From assembly GCA_964402895.1 (NCBI GenBank), contig CAYODR010000003.1, positions 3,534-67,533 of the forward strand: DNA of 64,000 nt, in the 5' to 3' direction. The stretch comes from an uncultured Candidatus Saccharibacteria bacterium (GTDB taxonomy: Bacteria > Patescibacteriota > Minisyncoccia > Phycocordibacterales > UBA9973). Below, in pieces: positions 36,927 to 46,881 of the stretch. Each line of letters opens with the position of its first letter. Within the stretch, counting starts at the first letter, position 1. The position numbers and the translations under genes were made by a program. The notes beneath the pieces are model-generated. The model was given only the letters and a program-made list of their open reading frames with translations, had not been told where the DNA came from and did no database searches.

Positions 36927-39900
36927 GTGAGTACGACTCTGTCTAAATTTATAAAAAACACAAAAAGTATTTTATCTATAATACTTTTTGTGTTTTTGTT
37001 TTTTGTTTTTAATGGAGACCATGCACAAGCCCAAACACCAGATGAAATAAACTCATTTGAAAACGCATATTTTAGGTATTTAAATCTTTTTACAAATGAT
37101 AGTGGTTTAACACATAAGTCTTTTGAAAAAAATACCGAAAATAATAAATTTAATGGTATTTTATTTGATATTCAAATAAATTTAAATACTGAAATAGATA
37201 CAGCAGAAAATTTATGGAAATATGTAGACGAAGATTATTCGGTTATAAATTCAAACTCTGGAGATGAAGTATTTGTAATTAGACTTTGTGATAATGAAAA
37301 TAAAAATAATTGCTGGATAAACACCGTTTTAAATCAACCCTTTGGCCCAGATCCAATAACTGGAACTAATTATACCCACAATCATGGTGTTATATATCGA
37401 AAAGCCTTATCTGGAGGTAATACTAATTTTTTTGAAAAACAAAAATTAATAAATTTACTTACTTTCAACACTGAAGAATCAAAAAAACCTGCAAGGGGTG
37501 ATTTGTTTACTTTTAAAAAGGGGAGTGGAAATAATGGTGAACTATCTTCTTTTAATGATATAGATTTTAAAAACTTAGACTCTGTAGAAGCGTCTCTATG
37601 GTATTGTGCAGAGAATTCTCTCGGGGTTGATTCTAAATCGATTTATTCTGGAACTTCCTTTAGTGATAGAATCGGGAAGTTTGATGACCTGTGTGATGGA
37701 TACACATTCTTTAAAATTGGTAATAGTATAAACATATCTATCCCAGATGAGGGTACATATACTCCTCCGGTCCTTGACGAAAGAACTCCTGGATCAGAAA
37801 GAGATATCCAAGAACCCTCAGAAAATAATTTACCAGTTTGCGATATATCTTTAGCTGGAAATTCAAAGGTTATAGGTTGTATTGCTCGTATTGTTTATTA
37901 TGGATTTTATATACCAACCTCATGGCTAGCGGGTCTTTTTGGTATGATCTTTGATTTCTTCATAGGATATTCTGTAGACGATGCATCATATCGATATGAT
38001 TTTGTGGTCAAGGGGTGGAGAATAGTGAGAGATATTTCAAATATTGCTTTTATCATCATTCTTTTATACACCGGAATAAAAGCGGTATTTAATACTGGTG
38101 GATCTGCCGGAAGTGATATGCGTAGAATAGTACCAAACCTTATTATCAATGCTTTAATAATCAACTTTAGTCTTTTTGCAACTCGTACAGTGATAGACGC
38201 ATCAAATATTGGTACTAGGGTCTTTTATAGTCGAATGATTGTGTGTGATGGAGAATGTATAAATACAGGTTCTGGTATCCCGGCTAATATAAAAAGGGGG
38301 TTGGGTGGTTATTGGCCTCTCTCAGAAAAAATAACCAGTACTTTTGATCCACAAAAACTATTTAGTCCTAGTATACTAAGCCCGGAAGGACAAAAAACAA
38401 ATACTTCTGAAGACTTATTTAGATCAACTGGTGGAGGAAGAACGATTAGAGATGGGGCCAACAATCCTGGTTTTAATAAAAATAGTGATGAATATGCAGG
38501 TTACTATACACTGGTCAGCTTGCTATCTGGCTTAATCATGCTTGCAATAGCCGTGATGTTTTTCAAAACAGCATTTCTCTTTGTGGGAAGAGTGGTTGGG
38601 CTATATGTACTTATGATATTCTCTCCAATAGCATTTCTTACTCGTAGTATGGGTAAGACATTTAATATAAAAAAGTTTAATTGGACAGAATGGCTTAAAG
38701 AGCTCACAAGCTATGCACTGCTTGCACCTATTTTTACATTTTTCCTATATATCATCTATTCATTCTTTGAATCAGGATTAGTAAAGCAAATGGGGCTTAA
38801 AGAGCAGGGTGAATCATTCTTTGAAATACTTATAAGTATTGTTTTGCCGATGCTTGTAATCTTCATGCTTATTAAATACGCTCAAAAAATAGCAGAAGAG
38901 CATTCAGGTGAAATTGGAAAAATGGTGCAAAGCTTTGCAGAAAAGACTATTGGTGGGGTTGGAGTGGTTGCAGGAGGAGCTGTAGGACTTGCTGCAGGAG
39001 GAGCGGCACTTCTAGGAACAAGGCTCGGATCTAGAGTAGTAGGAAGACTTGCAAATAAAGCGGGCCTGACAGATTGGGCAGCAGAAAATGCAAGTACAAA
39101 CAGATTCGCTAGAAGTTTAAACAGTGGTATTCGTAGTACTCAAACAGGTTCTTGGGATGTTCGAAATACTTGGCTTGGTAAAAATACAGGTGCCGGAATC
39201 AACAGTATGATAAATATGACTAATCGTGCCGGACTAACAAATATAGACAATATAAGAGACAATATTTCTGGCAGACTTGGTCTTGGTGCTAAAGATTTTG
39301 CGGGTGGAGCTATTGCTCTTCAAAAGAAGGCTGATGAAAGAAGAGAGAAAGCTCTAAATAAAAAATTTAACGACAATAGCTTCGCTCACTTAACTGATGA
39401 ACAAGCTAAAGAGGTTTGGGTAAAAATAAAAGAAGAAAAAACAAAAACTCAACTTTCTGGCACTGAAGAAAAATTAATAGATAAACATATTGATTCAACT
39501 CTTAAAACCAACAATACATACTATCAAAAAGCTATTGAAAATATAGAATTTCAAAAAGAACAAGCTAAAATACTAGAAAATGCTATAACAAAGTCTCTAG
39601 AACAGCTTAAAGATAATAATTTGGATATAAATACTAGAAAAACAATAGAAAATCAAATGTCTTTCAATGTAAATGAATTGCAAAAATCCAAAAATGAGCT
39701 TGAAAGACTAGAAAAAGTAAGAGGTAATATTTTTGATACTCGAAAAAATAATAGTACATATGTATCAGATATTAAAAACTCTAAAGAATTCAAAGATGAA
39801 TTTGAAAAAGAAAAGAAAAATATAGAAAAAGATATAGACAAGAAATATGGTGAAGTTAAAAAGACAAAGGATCTTGTAATGGCTGCGAAAATGGATTATA

Positions 39901-40550
39901 TGAACAACCAAAGAGAGAATTCAATGTGGATGAAAGACCAAAAACAAAGATTCCAAGTTGTAGGTGGTTCTACACCATATCTAGGAACATCTTCTGGAGT
40001 ATCAGCATTATCAGCAGCTCTAGCTGGAAGTACTGCTTTAGCTAGTATAGGAGGAGGACTTGCTGTTGGTGGTGTAATTACCAGCCTTATAAAAGAAAAG
40101 GTTCAAGCAACAGACAATGCTACCAAAAAAATAATAAAAGATTTAGAGAAACAAATAGCTAAAAAGGATAGCCTTCCAAAATCAGAAGCGGATTTGAAAA
40201 ATATCAATGAAAAAATTAAAAATCTTTTAGGTGAAGATATTGATTTAATGTCTGAAGAAACAATTCGTGAAAAAATGAAATTAATTACTGAAGACTTACA
40301 AGCAAATCTAGATATTGCGCAAATAAACTTTGAAAAAGCAAAGAAGGAATACATGTCTGGTAGTGGAAGAGTATCAAATGATGATATAAAAAACCTATCA
40401 AAAGACCAGCAAAGATCTAGAGATCAGGTAAACGAAAGTAGCGACCTCCTAAAGAGAAGAAAAACACTACAAGCTCAAATTGAAAAAGCTGAAGGTATAA
40501 AGAATACGGACTCTAAGCCAAAAGAAAATAGTGATGATAAATCAAAATAG
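36927..40550 (+). CDS. giant polytopic membrane protein, VirB6/TrbL-like channel candidate, with long K/E-rich coiled-coil tail
   Basis: GTG start; signal/TM at the N-terminus, at least 6 TM helices in the middle (GLFGMIFDFFIGY, IAFIIILLYTGIKAVF, LIINALIINFSLFA, YTLVSLLSGLIMLAIAVMFF, LYVLMIFSPIAFL, LLAPIFTFFLYIIYSFF), Gly-rich segment, about 500 aa coiled coil. Confidence 0.45.
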   Translation: MSTTLSKFIKNTKSILSIILFVFLFFVFNGDHAQAQTPDEINSFENAYFRYLNLFTNDSGLTHKSFEKNTENNKFNGILFDIQINLNTEIDTAENLWKYVDEDYSVINSNSGDEVFVIRLCDNENKNNCWINTVLNQPFGPDPITGTNYTHNHGVIYRKALSGGNTNFFEKQKLINLLTFNTEESKKPARGDLFTFKKGSGNNGELSSFNDIDFKNLDSVEASLWYCAENSLGVDSKSIYSGTSFSDRIGKFDDLCDGYTFFKIGNSINISIPDEGTYTPPVLDERTPGSERDIQEPSENNLPVCDISLAGNSKVIGCIARIVYYGFYIPTSWLAGLFGMIFDFFIGYSVDDASYRYDFVVKGWRIVRDISNIAFIIILLYTGIKAVFNTGGSAGSDMRRIVPNLIINALIINFSLFATRTVIDASNIGTRVFYSRMIVCDGECINTGSGIPANIKRGLGGYWPLSEKITSTFDPQKLFSPSILSPEGQKTNTSEDLFRSTGGGRTIRDGANNPGFNKNSDEYAGYYTLVSLLSGLIMLAIAVMFFKTAFLFVGRVVGLYVLMIFSPIAFLTRSMGKTFNIKKFNWTEWLKELTSYALLAPIFTFFLYIIYSFFESGLVKQMGLKEQGESFFEILISIVLPMLVIFMLIKYAQKIAEEHSGEIGKMVQSFAEKTIGGVGVVAGGAVGLAAGGAALLGTRLGSRVVGRLANKAGLTDWAAENASTNRFARSLNSGIRSTQTGSWDVRNTWLGKNTGAGINSMINMTNRAGLTNIDNIRDNISGRLGLGAKDFAGGAIALQKKADERREKALNKKFNDNSFAHLTDEQAKEVWVKIKEEKTKTQLSGTEEKLIDKHIDSTLKTNNTYYQKAIENIEFQKEQAKILENAITKSLEQLKDNNLDINTRKTIENQMSFNVNELQKSKNELERLEKVRGNIFDTRKNNSTYVSDIKNSKEFKDEFEKEKKNIEKDIDKKYGEVKKTKDLVMAAKMDYMNNQRENSMWMKDQKQRFQVVGGSTPYLGTSSGVSALSAALAGSTALASIGGGLAVGGVITSLIKEKVQATDNATKKIIKDLEKQIAKKDSLPKSEADLKNINEKIKNLLGEDIDLMSEETIREKMKLITEDLQANLDIAQINFEKAKKEYMSGSGRVSNDDIKNLSKDQQRSRDQVNESSDLLKRRKTLQAQIEKAEGIKNTDSKPKENSDDKSK

Positions 40551-41145
40551 TCAAATGAATCCAAATAATAAACAAGATAATATAGAGATATATGAACAAC
40601 TCATACAAGAGACTCCGATAGAGGTTAGGAATTTTCTTTGGAGTCCAGCTTATCAAGCTATTATAGATTCTATAAAAGAAGCATATAGACTAAGCGATGA
40701 ACAATCTAATGTAGTTAAAGATGCTATTTTTGAAATAGCTATAGGATACCTAGATGAAGCCGGTGCTAAAAATAAATTAAATGATGCAAAAATAGACCAA
40801 ACAACACAAAATAAAATATTCTTAGTGGCTTTTGAATATGTTATTAATCCTGCTATTCAAAAATCAGAGGAAATTATAGAAGAAATAAAAGAGTTCGGTA
40901 TATATGATGAAGAATTTTCAGAAAATGAAACTCCAGAAGAAAAAGTAGGGGATTCAGCTAATAAAGAATTAGATTCAGAACACAAAACATACAAAACAAA
41001 CGATGCGGTTCTAATGAACCTAAACAAAAAACTAAATCAATCAACATCAATAAACCCAGTAGAGAGGAATCATGGTGTTGAAAATATAAAATCTGATAAA
41101 AAAGAAGGTGGTTTTATAGATCCGTATAGAGAAATACCTAACTAG
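40531..41145 (+). CDS. hypothetical soluble acidic protein
   Basis: 204 aa ORF overlapping the upstream gene end; no domain recognised. Confidence 0.4.
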   Translation: MMINQNSQMNPNNKQDNIEIYEQLIQETPIEVRNFLWSPAYQAIIDSIKEAYRLSDEQSNVVKDAIFEIAIGYLDEAGAKNKLNDAKIDQTTQNKIFLVAFEYVINPAIQKSEEIIEEIKEFGIYDEEFSENETPEEKVGDSANKELDSEHKTYKTNDAVLMNLNKKLNQSTSINPVERNHGVENIKSDKKEGGFIDPYREIPN

Positions 41146-41183
41146 GATTACACTATTTATAAATTGCATAGTATAATAAAAGT

Positions 41184-41585
41184 ATGCAATTTAAGGTTCC
41201 GCAGTTTATTGATGTTGAAGACAAGGTCTTTGGGCCATTCACATTTAGACAATTTGTATACTTAGCCGGTGGAGCAGGATTATCATATCTGTCTATAAGA
41301 TTTCTCCCAGGATTTATTGCTTTTTTTGCAGTTCCAGTCTTTGCGGGATTTGCTTTAGCTCTAGCTTTCTTTAAATATAATGATAAACCCTTTATCAATA
41401 CTGTTGAAGCTTTTCTTAGATATACATTTAGATCTAAAACATACCTCTGGAGAAAAGATAATTCTCTTAAAACACCGGCTGAAAATATCATCACTAAAAA
41501 TACTGCCTTAGAAAGAAACGCTTTCACAGAAAACAGGCTTCAAACGCTTTCAAGGAGTCTTGATATAATAGACCCTAAAAATTAA
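41184..41585 (+). CDS. PrgI/VirB3-like small two-TM protein
   Basis: QFIDVEDKVFGPFTFRQFVYLAGGAG followed by two TM helices, immediately upstream of the VirB4 gene, as in Gram-positive T4SS loci. Confidence 0.45.
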   Translation: MQFKVPQFIDVEDKVFGPFTFRQFVYLAGGAGLSYLSIRFLPGFIAFFAVPVFAGFALALAFFKYNDKPFINTVEAFLRYTFRSKTYLWRKDNSLKTPAENIITKNTALERNAFTENRLQTLSRSLDIIDPKN

Positions 41586-41586
41586 C

Positions 41587-42213
41587 ATGAATAAAATAGG
41601 ATCACCAACACAAAATTTTGTACCAGTAAAGGAAGTCAGAGACGGCATCATGGTACTTAAAGATGGTAGTTTGGCTGCCGTGGTTATGGTTTCATCAATA
41701 AACCTATCCCTAAAAAACTATGATGAACAAAGGGCAACACTCATGCAATTCCAAAATTTTCTAAATACAATAGATTTTCCAATCCAAATACTTATTCAAT
41801 CTAGACTATATGATGTAAGACCATACATCTTAACCCTTCAAGACAGACTCCGCGCACAAACAGAACCTCTTCTACAAGTACAAACTAGAGAATATATACA
41901 ATTTATTCAAACATTCACAGAACAAGTAAATATTATGAGAAAAACCTTCTTTGTGGTGGTACCTTATGTACCAGCACTTATCACACAAGATAGAGGTATA
42001 TTTAGAATGCTTTCTAGTCTATCTAAAAATAAACCGACTGATCCTTTGACATCATTTGAAGAATACAGAAGCCAAATGGAGCAAAGAATAAGTGTGGTAG
42101 ATCAGGGGCTTTCAAGGCTTGGGCTTAGAATAGCTCAACTTGGTACACAGGAAATTATAGAACTACTATATAAAACATTCAATCCGGGCGACAATACTTC
42201 TTCAAGTATTTAA
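41587..42213 (+). CDS. VirB4-like ATPase, N-terminal domain fragment (split gene)
   Basis: VPVKEVRDGIMVLKDGSLAAVVMVSSINLSLKNYDEQRATLMQFQNFLNTIDFPIQILIQS resembles the N-terminus of PrgJ/TcpF-type VirB4 proteins; stop, then a 43-nt gap containing tgctataat. Confidence 0.5.
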   Translation: MNKIGSPTQNFVPVKEVRDGIMVLKDGSLAAVVMVSSINLSLKNYDEQRATLMQFQNFLNTIDFPIQILIQSRLYDVRPYILTLQDRLRAQTEPLLQVQTREYIQFIQTFTEQVNIMRKTFFVVVPYVPALITQDRGIFRMLSSLSKNKPTDPLTSFEEYRSQMEQRISVVDQGLSRLGLRIAQLGTQEIIELLYKTFNPGDNTSSSI

Positions 42214-42256
42214 TAAATTATATTTATAAGAGAAATACTGCTATAATATACATACA

Positions 42257-44074
42257 ATGGCATTGTTTAATTCCTCTAAAGAAAATACAAGACAGTCTGG
42301 CTCCTTACCTATTGCACCAGCTCAGATATATGAGTGGGCAACAATGGAGCTGGCGGACAGAATCGCACCTTCTGCTATTGAAATCACATCTAAGTCTATG
42401 CGTATCGGAGACAAAATTGTCCGTACTTTTTTTGTGATTGCGTATCCAAGATACTTAAATGACAATTGGCTTACGCCCATCATAAACCTGGATAAGATTT
42501 TTGATATAGCTATATATATCAACCCAATAGAGACATCAGAGCTTCTTAAGCATTTTCAAAAGAAAATCGCAGAGGTAGAAAGTCAAATCATCATTAGGCA
42601 ACAAAGGGGACTTGTTCGAGACCCTATGCTTGATACTGCCTATGAAAACTTAGAGGAGCTCAGAGAAAACCTAACCCAAGCACAAGAAAAAATGTTTAAT
42701 GTAGGATTTTATCTTACGATATATGCAGACAATGAGGCCGACCTCTTTCGTACTGAAAGTGAAATAAAAAGCATGCTAGAAAGTAAAATGATATACATAA
42801 AACCAGCAATCTTCCAAGAAGAAGATGGCTTTAAGACAGTTTCTCCATTAGGTAAAGACTCTCTTCAGATAACTCACAAACTTAATTCTGATCCAATCTC
42901 TAGCATGTTTCCTTTTGTATCTTTTGATCTCACTGACGATACGGGTATCTTGTATGGTATCAATAGACACAACTCTTCACTTGTAATCTTTGATAGATTC
43001 TCTCTAGAAAACTACAACTCTATAATCTTTGCAAAATCTGGTGCAGGTAAAAGTTATGCAACCAAACTTGAGATTATCCGTACACTGATGTTTGATACTG
43101 AGGTTATTGTGATTGACCCAGAAAGAGAATATGAGTACTTAGCTGAAGCAGTAGGAGGTAGATATTTTAATATCTCTCTTTCATCAGACCACCATATCAA
43201 CCCATTTGATATCCCTGTACCAAGAGAGGATGAAGCTCCTGCTGATGTGCTTCGTAGTAATATCATCAACCTAGTAGGGCTCTTTAGAATTATGCTTGGA
43301 GGTCTTACCGCTGAAGAAGACTCTATCATTGACCGTGCTATCACAGAAACATACTATCTAAAAGATATAACCCCAGAATCAGATTTTAAAACAATTGAAC
43401 CACCACTTCTTTCAGACTTTGAAATGGTACTTTCTGGTATGGAGGGTACTGAATCCATACTTCAAAGACTTACTAAATATACTCACGGGTCGTGGGCGAA
43501 TTTTATCAACCAACCAACCAATGTTGATATAAATAAAAAGTTCATAGTTTTCTCTGTTAGAGATATGGAAGATGATTTAAAACCCGCAGCCATGTATATC
43601 GTGACCCATTTCATCTGGACCGCAATCAGAAAAGAGCTTAGAAAGAGATTGCTTGTAGTAGATGAGGCTTGGTGGATGATGAAAACAGAAGACACAGCGT
43701 CTTTCCTCTATTCTATCGCCAAAAGAGGTAGAAAATACTATTTAGGATTATGTACTATCACTCAAGATGTGGGGGACTTTATGAAAAGCTCATATGGCAT
43801 ACCTATTGTATCTAACTCTTCAATCCAGCTCCTTTTAAAACAATCTCCATCTACAATAGATGTTCTCCAAGAAACATTTAACCTTACAGATGAAGAAAAG
43901 TATCTACTGCTAGAAAGTGGTGTGGGGGAAGGAATATTCTTTGCAGGACTTAAGCATGTGGCCATAAAAATCATTGCTTCTTATACAGAAGACCAGATAA
44001 TCACCTCAGACCCATCTCAGGTAATATCTATCAAAAGAGCCAAAGAAGAATTTAGTCAAAGCAGGGGAATGTAG
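42257..44074 (+). CDS. VirB4/TraC/TrbE-family type IV secretion ATPase (C-terminal part)
   Basis: Walker A AKSGAGKSYATK, Walker B LLVVDEAWWMM, overall VirB4 architecture. Confidence 0.75.
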   Translation: MALFNSSKENTRQSGSLPIAPAQIYEWATMELADRIAPSAIEITSKSMRIGDKIVRTFFVIAYPRYLNDNWLTPIINLDKIFDIAIYINPIETSELLKHFQKKIAEVESQIIIRQQRGLVRDPMLDTAYENLEELRENLTQAQEKMFNVGFYLTIYADNEADLFRTESEIKSMLESKMIYIKPAIFQEEDGFKTVSPLGKDSLQITHKLNSDPISSMFPFVSFDLTDDTGILYGINRHNSSLVIFDRFSLENYNSIIFAKSGAGKSYATKLEIIRTLMFDTEVIVIDPEREYEYLAEAVGGRYFNISLSSDHHINPFDIPVPREDEAPADVLRSNIINLVGLFRIMLGGLTAEEDSIIDRAITETYYLKDITPESDFKTIEPPLLSDFEMVLSGMEGTESILQRLTKYTHGSWANFINQPTNVDINKKFIVFSVRDMEDDLKPAAMYIVTHFIWTAIRKELRKRLLVVDEAWWMMKTEDTASFLYSIAKRGRKYYLGLCTITQDVGDFMKSSYGIPIVSNSSIQLLLKQSPSTIDVLQETFNLTDEEKYLLLESGVGEGIFFAGLKHVAIKIIASYTEDQIITSDPSQVISIKRAKEEFSQSRGM

Positions 44075-44107
44075 TACTTTTTAGTATTTTACTGTTATAA
44101 TTCAAAT

Positions 44108-45049
44108 ATGATTAAGAGAATTATATTATCTATAATATCAATAAGTTTTTTCCCTATAATACTGTCTGCCCAAACCCAAGATCTTTATATTAAATCAAAT
44201 CCTATAAATCCATCTCCAAATCAAAAGGTCGTTTTAACTATAGAAAGCAATAGTACAAATTTAGATAGTGCAACTATTACATGGAGTACGAATGATAAAA
44301 CAATAGATTCGGGTATTGGTAAAAAATCCATAGAAATAAACGCTCCAGACTCTGGTGTAACGGGTGTAATAAGAGCGACAGTCTTTGGTGTAAACATTGC
44401 ACAAACATCTGCATCAATCACTTTGAGACCAGGCAGTATTGATGTTATTTGGGAATCTCTAGACTCATACACACCACCTTTTTATAAAGGAAAGGCTCTT
44501 CCTTCTTCAAATAGTAGTATAAGGCTTACTGCTATACCCAATCAATCTGCACCAAATACCATGAATTATCTGTGGACAAAAGATTCTACCGTACTAGGAA
44601 GTTTATCCGGACCAGGTAAAAATAGCATTACTATTAAAAATAGTGAGTTTATAAATAGAGAAAATATCAGTGTCTCTGGCTCAACTAATAACTTCAGCGG
44701 AGAATCTAGTGTTTCAATAAATATTGAAAGGCCATCTTTAGTTTTTTATCAAAAAAGGGATGGTTTTGTAGACTACAACAATGGTTTTATAGATAATTTT
44801 TCTATGAATAATATCGGTTTAATTCTTAAAATAGAACCATTTTTCTTTTCATTAAACAACAAGGCCGTAAATGATTTAGTATTTGAAATCAAAAATGGAG
44901 ATAATAATATAACCAACTTTACAATTCCTTCAGAAATAAGTCTCTCTCCGATTAGTCAAGTAGGGGTTTTCCCAATCCTTGTAAAGATATTTCACCCAGA
45001 ATTTATATATCAACAAGTATCTAAAACATTGAACATCCGCCCAAACTAA
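44108..45049 (+). CDS. secreted hypothetical protein
   Basis: signal peptide MIKRIILSIISISFFPIILSAQ; TATAAT 6 nt upstream of the ATG. Confidence 0.45.
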   Translation: MIKRIILSIISISFFPIILSAQTQDLYIKSNPINPSPNQKVVLTIESNSTNLDSATITWSTNDKTIDSGIGKKSIEINAPDSGVTGVIRATVFGVNIAQTSASITLRPGSIDVIWESLDSYTPPFYKGKALPSSNSSIRLTAIPNQSAPNTMNYLWTKDSTVLGSLSGPGKNSITIKNSEFINRENISVSGSTNNFSGESSVSINIERPSLVFYQKRDGFVDYNNGFIDNFSMNNIGLILKIEPFFFSLNNKAVNDLVFEIKNGDNNITNFTIPSEISLSPISQVGVFPILVKIFHPEFIYQQVSKTLNIRPN

Positions 45050-45090
45050 CCGCACTGTTTAAAAACCTTTTTTATTGATACAATAAAGCA

Positions 45091-46869
45091 ATGAAAAGGT
45101 TTTTATTTTTAATTGTTACTCTATTTTTCCTTATTATTACAAATAAGGTTCTGGCAAATACTTTAACTCAAAATGTTACAGAAAACAAAATAGACTTTAC
45201 TTTTTCAGTAGATACAAGTGGTCCTATGCCTAATACAGCGGGAACATTTGAACTCATACTATATAAAGGGGTCTTTCCTGGTGGGGAATATAACCAAGCA
45301 CATGCTTCACAAAGCATACTGGGAAATAACCCAATATCAAATAGAAAAACCCTAGATCAAACAGGTAAAGCCACATGGTCTGTAAATGTTATTCCTAGTA
45401 CAACTTATACCGCTAGAATTGTAAAATTTCAAAATTCTGGATCTTTAAATGGATCATATATTACAGAACCACAAACAATTATAACCCCGACCCCCTCAAT
45501 AACACCAACACATGGTAATCTAGAATTTGATTTTATAAAAAGAGAGAATAGATTAAGAATTAAGGGTACTTTTGATTTAAACCAAAACCCAAATGCGAAA
45601 GATTATATAATTCAATTTCAATCAGCAAGGGTTCCTATGGGTGAAGAAAGTAGTCTTAATGCACTAAAATTTGAAGACTTTACAGATACGGTACCAACTA
45701 AATACTCTGCTTATAAGGGGCACGAAGGAACTGCCGGTGGTCTAGGAGTAGATAATGATGGAAAATATAATATACCTATAAATAATCTTTCACCATCAGT
45801 AAGATATAATATAAGAGAAATAATTAATTATGGAGGGTATAATACAACCAAAGACTATATATATGTAGCTGGAGAAGGTACAGTATTGGCTAACCCTCAA
45901 GAAATAGAGGGGGATATTGAAAAAAGAAGCTATAGACTTTTAGCACCATTTCCGGGATTTACTGTTTTTTTGGATCCAGATCTATGTGCTGAACAAACAG
46001 CTGCTGGTAACACTACTCAACTTTGTGATATAAACGATATTTTAAATTTAGGACTTGAAATACTAATAGGAATAGCGGCAGTCCTACTTGTATTTAGAAT
46101 TGTTTTTGAAGGCTATAAATTACTTACTTCAGATATACCTTTTATAAAAGTTGAAGCAAAAAGTGGTCTTTGGGATGCAGTATTTGGACTACTATTGATA
46201 TTATTCTCTTATGTACTTTTAAATACTATAAATCCGAGACTAGTATCGGGTGTATTTCAAATAGACACAATTAAAATGGACGGCGTCATTCAAACAGAAG
46301 CTTTTGATGGAGAAGCAGAACAAACAATATCTGGAAAAACAATAAAAGTAACATCTTCTAAAATTAACTATGACAAAGAATTTTCAAACCAAAACTCCTG
46401 TGCTGGACAAAATGGTACCAATCAAAACCCCGATCCTCAAACCTGTCAAAAAATTGATGATTCTATATATAATGTAGCGAGTGGTAAATATGTAGAAAAA
46501 TCTTTTTCGGAGAAATTAAAAATGTTTAATAATGAACTTAAAAATAAAAATATACCATGGAGAGTTACAGAGGCTTTTCCAGAAAGTAGAACACATAAAG
46601 CTACTTGTCACAAAACAGGGGTATGTATTGATATGAACCATACAACAGGCTGGGGAAGTGGTACAAACCAAACACCTTCTTCTCAAGAAGTTAAAACCGT
46701 AATAGAAACAGCACAAAAAAATAATATGTGTGCTATTTATGAAATTTTAAATAATCAAAACTTATATAGAGAGTTAATTAACAACGGACTTAGTAAGAAT
46801 GTTTTATTTTTTAACGGTAAACACATCTCAGCTAACCATTATTCATTATACAACGGTAAATGTGTATAA
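45091..46869 (+). CDS. secreted protein with internal two-helix membrane hairpin and Cys-rich C-terminus
   Basis: signal peptide; hydrophobic pair LEILIGIAAVLLVFRIVF / LWDAVFGLLLILFSYVLL about two-thirds along. Confidence 0.45.
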   Translation: MKRFLFLIVTLFFLIITNKVLANTLTQNVTENKIDFTFSVDTSGPMPNTAGTFELILYKGVFPGGEYNQAHASQSILGNNPISNRKTLDQTGKATWSVNVIPSTTYTARIVKFQNSGSLNGSYITEPQTIITPTPSITPTHGNLEFDFIKRENRLRIKGTFDLNQNPNAKDYIIQFQSARVPMGEESSLNALKFEDFTDTVPTKYSAYKGHEGTAGGLGVDNDGKYNIPINNLSPSVRYNIREIINYGGYNTTKDYIYVAGEGTVLANPQEIEGDIEKRSYRLLAPFPGFTVFLDPDLCAEQTAAGNTTQLCDINDILNLGLEILIGIAAVLLVFRIVFEGYKLLTSDIPFIKVEAKSGLWDAVFGLLLILFSYVLLNTINPRLVSGVFQIDTIKMDGVIQTEAFDGEAEQTISGKTIKVTSSKINYDKEFSNQNSCAGQNGTNQNPDPQTCQKIDDSIYNVASGKYVEKSFSEKLKMFNNELKNKNIPWRVTEAFPESRTHKATCHKTGVCIDMNHTTGWGSGTNQTPSSQEVKTVIETAQKNNMCAIYEILNNQNLYRELINNGLSKNVLFFNGKHISANHYSLYNGKCV

Positions 46870-46881
46870 TGTAATTATAAT

